From Gammaproteobacteria bacterium (GTDB lineage: Bacteria > Pseudomonadota > Gammaproteobacteria > Eutrophobiales > Eutrophobiaceae): a stretch of 64,000 nt of DNA. Location: NCBI GenBank assembly GCA_965261165.1, contig OZ253445.1, positions 845,987 through 909,986 on the forward strand, read 5' to 3'. The notes under the pieces were generated by a model. The model saw only the letters and a list, made by a program, of their open reading frames with translations, had not been told where the DNA came from and ran no database searches. The position numbers and the translations under genes were made by a program. Position 1 is the first letter of the stretch; every line of letters starts with the position of its first letter. This document shows positions 54,597 through 62,839 of the stretch, piece by piece.

Positions 54597-54857
54597 ATGC
54601 CACTTTGCTATCAGTGCCTCTATCCCGAGCAGAATATCGCCAGCGCGAGCTGCTCAAGGGAAGGTGTTGTCGCGCCGTTAGTCGGCATCATCGGCATCAT
54701 GCAAGCGATGGAAGCAATCAACATATTGCTCGGCGATGGACAGTTGCCTGGCATAGTGTGGCTATTTGACGGCACCAGCATGGCATGGCAGAAAATGAAA
54801 CTCCCTAAGAATCCTGCTTGCCGCGCTTGTGGTGATTCAACATTGACGGAAAATTGA
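54597..54857 (+). pseudogene. moeB: molybdopterin-synthase adenylyltransferase MoeB/ThiF-family, C-terminal ~85-aa fragment only
   Basis: ...CYQCLYPE...GVVAPLVGIIGIMQAMEAINILLG...PACRACG matches the MoeB C-terminal region including the CxxC pair; there is no N-terminal Rossmann part upstream. Confidence 0.6.
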
Positions 54858-54867
54858 CGGAAATTTA

Positions 54868-57800
54868 ATGAACAGCAAATTCTTTACCAACTGCCAGGAA
54901 AACACCTTATTCAACAAACTTGAAGGCATTTTTCAGCACAACCAAAGCATCAATAATTTTGATGTTCTGGTCGGTTATTTCCGCTCTTCAGGTTATTTCA
55001 AACTGCGACCATTGCTGGAAAATGTAGCCCACATCCGCATTCTGGTGGGTATCGATGTCGATAAAATAACCACACAAATGCACGCGGATGGATTAGCCTT
55101 ATTCAATGGAGACCGCGAAAAAACCATCAAAGACTGGCAGAAGAAATTCAGCACTGATGTTCAAGAAGCTAATTATGAACAACAAACCGAGCAGGGCATT
55201 GTGCAGTTTATTGCGGATATAAAAACCAAAAAAGTGCAAATCAAAGCACATCCGAGCCGCGCCATTCACGCCAAGATATATATTTTTCGCCCCGATGATT
55301 ACAACCCGCATAAAGGCGGCAGTGTGATTACCGGCTCGTCAAACCTCACCGATGCCGGACTCGGGACAGGAAGCAGTTCTAATTACGAATTTAATGTGTT
55401 GTTAAACGATTATAACGATATTCAATTCGCCACTGCCGAGTTCGAAAAATTATGGCAGGAAGGCATAGAAGTACTGCCACAAGTCGCCGAAGACAGCCTC
55501 AAAAAAACCTATTTAGCCGATAACATCACGCCCTATGAACTGTATTTGAAATGCCTGATTGAATATTTTGGTGCGGAAATTGAATTTGACCCGAACTCCA
55601 TTAAAGACTTGCCCGCTGACTTCAAACGCCTGTCCTATCAAATGGATGCGGTGAATGAAGGCTGGCAAATGCTAAAAAAACACAATGGGTTTTTTCTCGC
55701 CGATGTGGTGGGCCTGGGCAAAACCGTTATTGCTGTTTTAATTGCGCGTCAGTTTTATTACCACAATGGCTATCCTGATTATCGGTCTAAAATTTTATTG
55801 GTGATTCCACCAGCATTGAAACAAAACTGGGTCGATACCTTAAAAAGTTTTAGCATTGATGATGCTTTTAAGATTATTACCAACGGCAGTTTGCACAAGA
55901 TTAGCAACGCCAAAGACTATGACATGGTCATTGTCGATGAGGCACATAAATTTCGCAACGATAGCGCAGAAGCTTACGACCAATTACAACGCATTTGCAA
56001 AACCAAAACCGAACACGATAAGGGCAAGGGCGGCAGAGATAAAAAAGTGATGCTCATTTCCGCCACGCCGCTGAATAATCGCCCTGATGATTTATACAAC
56101 CAGATTTTATTGTTCCAAGACGGCAACAACTCAACGCTTGATTTCCCACTGGGCAGTTTCTTTAGCAAAGCAAAAAAAGAATATCAAGATATTTTGAAGC
56201 TGGCGGATAAACATCAAGCCGGGCAAAAAACAGCAGCACTGTATGAAAAAATCCGCGCAAGAGTCATTGCTCCGCTTATGGTGCGCCGAACCCGTACTGA
56301 TTTATTGGCAAATAAGCGTTACCAACAAGATTTGCTGGAACATGGCGTTGTGTTCCCCAAAACAACCCCGCCAAAACCCGTGTATTGTCAACTGGAGGCA
56401 GGATTAGAAAAATTATACGATAACACCGTCAAAAAAATAGATAACAAACATCGAAATAAAAGCGGCTTACTGCATACCCGCTACCGTGCCTTGCATTACC
56501 TAAAGCCTGAACTCAAACAACAATACACAAGAGCAGATTTTATTGCTGATCGCTTGGTCGGCATTATGAAAACACTATTGCTGAAAAGAATGGACAGCAG
56601 TTTTTATGCCTTTGGGCAAACCTTGGGGCGTTTTATCAGATCTTCTGAAGCTATGTTAAAGATGATTGACAACAATAAAATCATTATCGCGCCAAATCTT
56701 GATGTAAATAGTTATATATTGGACGGCAACGAAGACGAGTTAATGGAAGTAATTGCCACTGAAAGTCTGACCGACCCCAGCATTATTGTGTGTTGCCGTG
56801 ATGATTTTGAAGCTGGTTTTATTGATGGCATCAAACACGACTATGCCCTGTTAAAAACCATGAAATCGGACTGGGACAATATAACTGAAGAAATCGGCGA
56901 TCCAAAATTGCATGAGTTTTTAACCCAACTACCAAATTTTTTAGACAAACAAAACAATCCACAGCAGAAAATCGTGCTGTTTACCGAAAGCACCGACACC
57001 ATGCGCTATCTGACAGCGGAAATAGAACAAACCAAATACGGCGAGAAAACGCTCAGCGTCAATGCTCAAAACCGCAATCAACTCAAGCAAGCCATTGCAC
57101 AGGATTTTGATGCCAATATAGATGCCGCAGACAAGCTAAATAGCCATCAAATTCTCTTAACCACAGATGTATTAGCCGAGGGCGTGAATCTGCACCGAGC
57201 CAACACGGTGATCAATTATGATACGCCGTGGAATGCCACCAAACTGATGCAACGCATCGGCCGGGTCAACCGTATCGGACAAACCGCCAGCCATATCTTT
57301 GTCTATAACTTCTATCCAACCGCACAAATTGACGATGATATTGCGCTACGAAGAAGAGCACTGATTAAACTACAAGCCTTTCACTCGGCCCTAGGCGAAG
57401 ACTCACAAATTTATTCAACCGATGAAAAAGTCGATACATTCGGTATATTTGATGAAAATATCAAAGAAGAAGTGAATGAAACCATCCCGTTTTTAGAAGA
57501 AATACGGCAGTTCAGGAAAAATGACCCAGCCGCCTATAAACGCATCAAGGGGTTGCCGAGCAAGGTCAGAAATGCAGTAAAAAATACCGCCCATCAAGGC
57601 GGCGCCCTGGTTTTTGCGCGCACCGAAGGCAAGGGCAGCAGTCGGTTTTATGTGGTAAAACCTGAACTAGACAATGCCAGCAATGAAAATAACATTGCCC
57701 CTTTTATTAAAACCTACAGCTTTATTCAAACCGCCAAATTATTAAGATGCAGCCCCGACACCCAAGCGACAAAATTACCCGAACAACACCACAGCCAAGT

Positions 57801-58194
57801 AGTATCGGCATTAGATAAATTCAAGCAGGAAACAGCACAAGACATTGTCAATGAAAATCAAAATAAAACCTTATCCACGACAGAAAAAAAGGCGATTCGC
57901 TTTCTAAAAGCAATGTTAGCCCTCTCCGAAATCAATGCCGCCAATGACGCGGAACCAGACAAAATAAAGCTGGCAATCGAACAAATTAAACAGAAACGCT
58001 TTCAAAACCTAAGCAGAGACATCAACAAATTAAGTAAAAACACTAAGGAAATAAAGCCAATTGTGGTATTGGAAAGAACCTTGAACATCATTCAGAAATA
58101 TGACCTTAACCGCCATATAGAAGATAACCCAGAGCAAGCAAAAAAACCTAAAAACACCCAGCCAACCATCGTCATTTCGCAATCCTACACCTAA
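54868..58194 (+). CDS. phospholipase-D-family (single HKD) nuclease domain fused to an SNF2-family helicase with a long C-terminal extension
   Basis: 1108 aa. HKD motif HAKIYIFRPDD...GSSNLT at about 55267-55340. SNF2 motif I LADVVGLGKTVIA (55711-55725), DEAH box MVIVDEAHKF (55934-55948), motif VI QRIGRVNRIGQ. A ~280-aa C-terminal tail of unknown function. Confidence 0.85.
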   Translation: MNSKFFTNCQENTLFNKLEGIFQHNQSINNFDVLVGYFRSSGYFKLRPLLENVAHIRILVGIDVDKITTQMHADGLALFNGDREKTIKDWQKKFSTDVQEANYEQQTEQGIVQFIADIKTKKVQIKAHPSRAIHAKIYIFRPDDYNPHKGGSVITGSSNLTDAGLGTGSSSNYEFNVLLNDYNDIQFATAEFEKLWQEGIEVLPQVAEDSLKKTYLADNITPYELYLKCLIEYFGAEIEFDPNSIKDLPADFKRLSYQMDAVNEGWQMLKKHNGFFLADVVGLGKTVIAVLIARQFYYHNGYPDYRSKILLVIPPALKQNWVDTLKSFSIDDAFKIITNGSLHKISNAKDYDMVIVDEAHKFRNDSAEAYDQLQRICKTKTEHDKGKGGRDKKVMLISATPLNNRPDDLYNQILLFQDGNNSTLDFPLGSFFSKAKKEYQDILKLADKHQAGQKTAALYEKIRARVIAPLMVRRTRTDLLANKRYQQDLLEHGVVFPKTTPPKPVYCQLEAGLEKLYDNTVKKIDNKHRNKSGLLHTRYRALHYLKPELKQQYTRADFIADRLVGIMKTLLLKRMDSSFYAFGQTLGRFIRSSEAMLKMIDNNKIIIAPNLDVNSYILDGNEDELMEVIATESLTDPSIIVCCRDDFEAGFIDGIKHDYALLKTMKSDWDNITEEIGDPKLHEFLTQLPNFLDKQNNPQQKIVLFTESTDTMRYLTAEIEQTKYGEKTLSVNAQNRNQLKQAIAQDFDANIDAADKLNSHQILLTTDVLAEGVNLHRANTVINYDTPWNATKLMQRIGRVNRIGQTASHIFVYNFYPTAQIDDDIALRRRALIKLQAFHSALGEDSQIYSTDEKVDTFGIFDENIKEEVNETIPFLEEIRQFRKNDPAAYKRIKGLPSKVRNAVKNTAHQGGALVFARTEGKGSSRFYVVKPELDNASNENNIAPFIKTYSFIQTAKLLRCSPDTQATKLPEQHHSQVVSALDKFKQETAQDIVNENQNKTLSTTEKKAIRFLKAMLALSEINAANDAEPDKIKLAIEQIKQKRFQNLSRDINKLSKNTKEIKPIVVLERTLNIIQKYDLNRHIEDNPEQAKKPKNTQPTIVISQSYT

Positions 58195-58254
58195 GCCGTC
58201 ATCCCACTAATCCATATCTGTCACTCCCGCACCGCCCCGTCATTCCTGCGAAAG

Positions 58255-58403
58255 AGACTGTGCAAGAAACCCAACGTTCGTCATTCTTAACCCCCTAGCC
58301 CCCTTATCAGGGGGGAATTGAGTGGAAAGTCCCCCTGATAAGGGGGATTTAGGGGGTTGGGTTTTCCACCAGCGTAACCTAACGAGGTTTTTTACACAGT
58401 CTC
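58255..58403. mobile_element. 149-bp MITE-like element inserted in the loop of a REP-like hairpin, with a 5-bp target duplication
   Basis: The host hairpin gtcattcctgc[gaaag]caggaatccag is split. gaaag occurs at 58250-58254 and again at 58404-58408. The element's ends are imperfect inverted repeats, gagactgtgcaagaaacc versus gagactgtgtaaaaaacc (16 of 18 match); there is an internal palindrome cccccttatcagggggg / ccccctgataaggggg. Confidence 0.5.
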
Positions 58404-58550
58404 GAAAGCAGGAATCCAGTGAAACAACCAAACCGGCCAGGGTTTTCCACCATCAGTGCGGTTATTTTTCTTATTATTTCGCAACCATACACATAACATA
58501 GTACGATACACATCAAACACTAATCGTAACCCACTCAACCGGAGAGACCA

Positions 58551-58796
58551 ATGCTAAACAGCGCTCATAGAACCAATATTGTTTTAGATGAAAATGTCGT
58601 GCAAGAGGCATTAAAACTGAGCAACCTAAAAACCAGGCGCGCTTTGATAGATGCTGCCCTAAGAGAGTTTATCGTTAATCACAAACAAAACAACAGTTTA
58701 GAGGCGTTACGGGATTCATTTGGTGGCAAGAGTCCATTTTTTGAAGGGTATGATTACAAGACTTTGCGTATCAATCCGCATTTACCCGAAGACTGA
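58551..58796 (+). CDS. vapB: VapB-family (DUF2191-type) antitoxin
   Basis: 81 aa; NIVLDENVVQEALKL...RRALIDAALREFI is the DUF2191 antitoxin pattern; sits 6 nt upstream of a PIN toxin. Confidence 0.7.
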   Translation: MLNSAHRTNIVLDENVVQEALKLSNLKTRRALIDAALREFIVNHKQNNSLEALRDSFGGKSPFFEGYDYKTLRINPHLPED

Positions 58797-58802
58797 AGGC
58801 TA

Positions 58803-59216
58803 ATGTCTAAACAGTTAATATATTTAGCAGATACATCGGTGTGGATTGACTTTTTTAATTACAACACAACTGAAAAAATAGAACAATTATTCAAAACCAA
58901 TCAAATCGCATTAACACCGCTTGTCTATATGGAAGTTTTACAAGGTTCTAAAACTCAACAAATACTTGAAAAGATAGATAAAATTTTATTACAGCAAGTT
59001 TTTTATCACCTAAACGATAAACTTATTAGTTATAAGAACGCCGCACTAATTTACTCAAAATGCCGCAAAAAAGGCATTACCATTCGCTCATCCATTGATT
59101 ACCTGATTGCCCAATGTGCCATCGAGAATGAGGTTACCCTGCTCCACAACGATAAAGACTTTGTGCAAATGGCAGGGGTTATCCCAACCTTAAAACAACG
59201 GTATATCGGCGACTAA
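58803..59216 (+). CDS. vapC: PIN-domain toxin VapC
   Basis: 137 aa; N-terminal IYLADTSVWIDF... with the conserved acidic residues of the PIN fold; stop TAA overlaps the ATG of the next gene (TAATG). Confidence 0.8.
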   Translation: MSKQLIYLADTSVWIDFFNYNTTEKIEQLFKTNQIALTPLVYMEVLQGSKTQQILEKIDKILLQQVFYHLNDKLISYKNAALIYSKCRKKGITIRSSIDYLIAQCAIENEVTLLHNDKDFVQMAGVIPTLKQRYIGD

Positions 59217-62200
59217 TGAAACTATTAAACCAAGCCTATAACCAAGACAATTACCTTAATTTTCTGGCAGATCAATTCAACTTTGATAAAAACCTTGCAC
59301 CTATTGAGGTGGAAAGCAAAGAAGTCAACACTTTTACGCGGCTCGGCACCGTTACCAGCCAAGACGGCAAAAAATTACCCGTCTTTGAAATTCATATCAA
59401 GCCCAACACCCAATTAAGCAGAAACCGCGTACAGTTACGCAATCTGGTTGCCAAGCAAATTGGCAGCGAAGACGGTGCTTTAGCCGTTTATGTTGATGAG
59501 GAAAACAAACAATGGCGGTTTAGTTTTATTGCCATTGAATACCGTTTCACCAATGACGGCATTCAACAAGAGCAAACCGCCAGCAAACGCTTTACTTACC
59601 TGTTGGGCGAAAACACCCAAACCAGAACCGCCCAAGACCGCTTTAGCGCACTCAACAAGCAATCCACGCTACAAGACTTAAAAACCGCTTTTTCTGTTGA
59701 AGAGCTGAACAAGGAATTTTACGACAAACTGTATCGCTGGTATGAAAAAGCACAATGCGAAGTCGTATTCCCCAATGACGAACGCACCGACAACCACAGC
59801 CAAACCAGCCTGATTCGCCTGTTGACGCGGTTGTTATTCATCTGGTTTATCAAAGAGAAGGGGCTAATCAAGGCGGATTTATTTGATAAAGATAAATTAC
59901 AAACGCTGATTGATTACGAACAGCCCAGCAGTTTTTACAAGGCGATTCTGCAAAATCTGTTTTTTGCCACCCTCAACCGTCCGGTCACCGAGCGTAGTTT
60001 TCGCAACACAACCAACGGAGCGGCAAATAGCACCAATTATCTGGTCACCAATATCTACCGCTATCAAGATTATTTCATCGATTCGGATAAAGACAAAATC
60101 ATCGCGTTATTTGCCCAAACGCCCTTTCTCAACGGTGGCTTGTTTGAATGCTTAGACCGAGAGGCAAGCGATGCAGAAAAACAGGCTTACGATAATGATA
60201 AAACGATTCGCCCGATAGGCAGTGCCATTCGGATTGATGGCTTTTCCGATAGAGCTGATAATGAATTGGTTTTTCATAATCACCTATTTTTCAAGGACAC
60301 TATTTTCAATGACAATAAGCAGGACGATAAGCAGGATTTAGGCTTGATTGACTTGTTCAATCAATACCAGTTCACCGTTGAGGAAAGCACGCCGCTGGAT
60401 GTCGAAGTCGCCCTTGACCCCGAGCTATTGGGCAAGGTGTTTGAAAACCTGCTCGCCAGTTATAACCCCGAAACCGGACAACAGGCGCGCAAAGCCACCG
60501 GCAGTTTTTACACCCCGCGTGAAATTGTCAATTATATGGTCGATGAAAGCCTGAAACAGCATTTTCATCAGCACACCGACCTAACAGACGAGCAGATCAA
60601 TGCCCTGTTTGTTGACGCTGAATTCACCGAACAAGAAAACGCCCTCAATAAGCAACAAACAAAAGCCCTGATTTATGCCATAGATGGGCTAAAAATCCTT
60701 GACCCAGCGGTGGGCAGTGGTGCGTATCCGATGGGCATATTGCAACGGCTAGTGCTGATTTTAGAAAAAGTGGATGCAGAAAACACCCATTTCAAACAAC
60801 AGCAAATCGACAAGGCAGAACAAATCCCCGATGAAGCCAGTTGCGCCAGTGCCATAGCGGCGATAGAGCAGGTCTTTTCACAACAAAATCAGCATAACGC
60901 CTATGGCAAGAAATTAATGTTGATAGAAAACTGTATTTATGGCGTGGACATTCAACCCATCGCCATTCAAATCTGCAAGCTGCGCTTTTTTATCAGCCTG
61001 ACCATTGAACAAAGCCCTAACAAAAACAAAGCCGATAATTACGGCATCAAAGCCTTACCGAATTTAGAAACTAAGTTTATTGTTGCGAATAGTTTGCTGC
61101 CTTTGGGTGAGATGCCAAAACAAAAAGGGATATTTGATACTGGTATCGAAGAATTACAAACAAAATTAGCCCAAGTCAGGCACAAGCATTTTAGTGCCAA
61201 GACCTTAACCACCAAACGCAAATACCGCGATAAAGATAAAGACTTACGCGAGCAAATGCTGGAAGAATTAACCAAAAGCGGTGTCACTCCAGCCGTTGAA
61301 GCCAGCATGAAAAGAATCGTTCATTGGGATTTATACAATCAAAATGCAGTAGCCGATTGGTTTGATCCCAAATGGATGTTTGGCGTGGATAGTTTTGATA
61401 TTGTGATTGGTAACCCGCCGTATATCCGTCATGAATCCATTAAAGAGTTTAAGCCACAATTTGAGAAAAGTTTTTCTGTTTTTGTCGGCACTGCTGATAT
61501 TTATACCTATTTTTATGAAAAAGGCGTGCAGCTACTCAATGATAATGGACATTTATGCTACATCACCTCCAACAAATGGATGCGGGCAAAATATGGTGAA
61601 AAGTTGCGCGGCTTTTTCAAAGACAAAACCCAGCTCAAACAGATTATTGATTTTGAAGGGCAGCAGGTTTTTGAAAATGCCACAGTGGACACCAATATTC
61701 TGCTCTGCGGTAAAACTGCAAACACGCAAACCACACCCCCACTCTCGCCCAGTCATACCTATTCCCACCCTCGTCATTCCCGCCCCCACCCTCGTCATTC
61801 CCGCCCCCACCCCCGTCATTCCTGCCCCCACCCCCGTCATTCCTGCCCCCACCCCCGTCATTCCTGCGAAAGCAGGAATCCAGAGACTAACCCGCCAGCC
61901 AGTTTTCAATATCAAAAACAATTACCCGACGAGAACAACCCATTATTTAATATGGCGATTGGCGACTTATCAGCCAATGCTTACACCTTGCAGGCACCCG
62001 AAATTTTAGCCCTGAAAAAGAAAATAGAACAAATCGGCACACCATTAAAAGATTGGGATATTCGTATTAACTACGGCATAAAAACAGGTTTTAACGAGGC
62101 TTTTATTATCAACACCGCCAAACGAGACGAGTTAATAACGCAAGACCCGAAATCCACGGAAATCATCAAACCTATTTTACGCGGCAGGGACATCAAAGCA

Positions 62201-62839
62201 TATCAACACCATTGGGCGGGGTTGTGGTTGATTGCTACTTTTCCAGTATTAAAAATAAATATTGACCATTACCCCGCCATTAAAAACCATTTATTAAGTT
62301 TTTCAAAAGACCGATTAGAGCAGGCAGGAAAGAGGTTGCCAGATGGCAAAAAATCAAGGAAGAAAACAGGGAATAAATGGTTTGAAACTCAAGACCAAAT
62401 CGGCTATTACGAAGAATTTGCGAAGGAAAAGATTGTTTATAATGATATTACTAACAAGCTCTCTTTTTCATTGTCAGAGGCTGGTGAATATTTTAACAAT
62501 ACTGTCTATTTTGTTGCTAACAACAATGACATTCTTTTTCAGTTAGCGGTTCTTAACTCTAATTTAATCGACTGGTATTACAAACAAATATCAGTTCAAT
62601 TAGGGGCTGGAACTGTAAGAATGTTTAGTATTTATGTTGAACAACTCCCCATCCCGCAAATATCAAAACCAGCACAACAACCGTTTATAGCCTTAGTCGA
62701 TAAAATCCTCACCGCTAAACAACAGGGGCAAGACACCCGCACACTGGAAACCCAAATCGACCAGATGGTATATCAACTTTATGACCTCACCGACGATGAG
62801 ATTGGCATTATTGAGAATAGAAAATGTATGACAATATGA
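59216..62839 (+). CDS. MmeI/PglX-family gamma-class N6-adenine DNA methyltransferase with N-terminal nuclease-like and C-terminal target-recognition domains (Type IIL/IIG RM, BREX PglX or DISARM DrmMI-like)
   Basis: 1207 aa. The helical-domain motifs SLIRLLTRLLFIWFIKEKGLI, LFFATLN and PFLNGGLFE parallel those of MmeI. Motif X ...FYTPREIV; motif I DPAVGSGAYP; motif IV GNPPYI (61412-61423). The N-terminal YVD...IEYR aligns with the MmeI catalytic FVD...IEMK, with Lys replaced by Arg. Confidence 0.85.
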   Translation: MKLLNQAYNQDNYLNFLADQFNFDKNLAPIEVESKEVNTFTRLGTVTSQDGKKLPVFEIHIKPNTQLSRNRVQLRNLVAKQIGSEDGALAVYVDEENKQWRFSFIAIEYRFTNDGIQQEQTASKRFTYLLGENTQTRTAQDRFSALNKQSTLQDLKTAFSVEELNKEFYDKLYRWYEKAQCEVVFPNDERTDNHSQTSLIRLLTRLLFIWFIKEKGLIKADLFDKDKLQTLIDYEQPSSFYKAILQNLFFATLNRPVTERSFRNTTNGAANSTNYLVTNIYRYQDYFIDSDKDKIIALFAQTPFLNGGLFECLDREASDAEKQAYDNDKTIRPIGSAIRIDGFSDRADNELVFHNHLFFKDTIFNDNKQDDKQDLGLIDLFNQYQFTVEESTPLDVEVALDPELLGKVFENLLASYNPETGQQARKATGSFYTPREIVNYMVDESLKQHFHQHTDLTDEQINALFVDAEFTEQENALNKQQTKALIYAIDGLKILDPAVGSGAYPMGILQRLVLILEKVDAENTHFKQQQIDKAEQIPDEASCASAIAAIEQVFSQQNQHNAYGKKLMLIENCIYGVDIQPIAIQICKLRFFISLTIEQSPNKNKADNYGIKALPNLETKFIVANSLLPLGEMPKQKGIFDTGIEELQTKLAQVRHKHFSAKTLTTKRKYRDKDKDLREQMLEELTKSGVTPAVEASMKRIVHWDLYNQNAVADWFDPKWMFGVDSFDIVIGNPPYIRHESIKEFKPQFEKSFSVFVGTADIYTYFYEKGVQLLNDNGHLCYITSNKWMRAKYGEKLRGFFKDKTQLKQIIDFEGQQVFENATVDTNILLCGKTANTQTTPPLSPSHTYSHPRHSRPHPRHSRPHPRHSCPHPRHSCPHPRHSCESRNPETNPPASFQYQKQLPDENNPLFNMAIGDLSANAYTLQAPEILALKKKIEQIGTPLKDWDIRINYGIKTGFNEAFIINTAKRDELITQDPKSTEIIKPILRGRDIKAYQHHWAGLWLIATFPVLKINIDHYPAIKNHLLSFSKDRLEQAGKRLPDGKKSRKKTGNKWFETQDQIGYYEEFAKEKIVYNDITNKLSFSLSEAGEYFNNTVYFVANNNDILFQLAVLNSNLIDWYYKQISVQLGAGTVRMFSIYVEQLPIPQISKPAQQPFIALVDKILTAKQQGQDTRTLETQIDQMVYQLYDLTDDEIGIIENRKCMTI
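61764..61883. repeat. In-frame tandem array of ~5.5 copies of a 21-bp unit (cccaccc[t/c]cgtcattcc[c/t]gcc), ending in an intact REP-like hairpin gtcattcctgcgaaagcaggaatccag
   Basis: Units at 61764, 61785, 61806, 61827 and 61848; translated as HPRHSRPHPRHSRPHPRHSCPHPRHSCPHPRHSC inside the methyltransferase; the same hairpin sequence hosts the MITE at 58238-58419. Confidence 0.8.

Noticed and set aside
61764-61883. CRISPR array
   Set aside because: The repeats are directly tandem 21-mers without unique spacers, lie inside a coding sequence, and no cas genes are present.
61553-61921. 122-aa minus-strand ORF (..GMTGVGAGMTGVGAGMT..)
   Set aside because: Exists only because the 21-bp tandem repeat is open in several frames; it lies antisense inside the methyltransferase gene.
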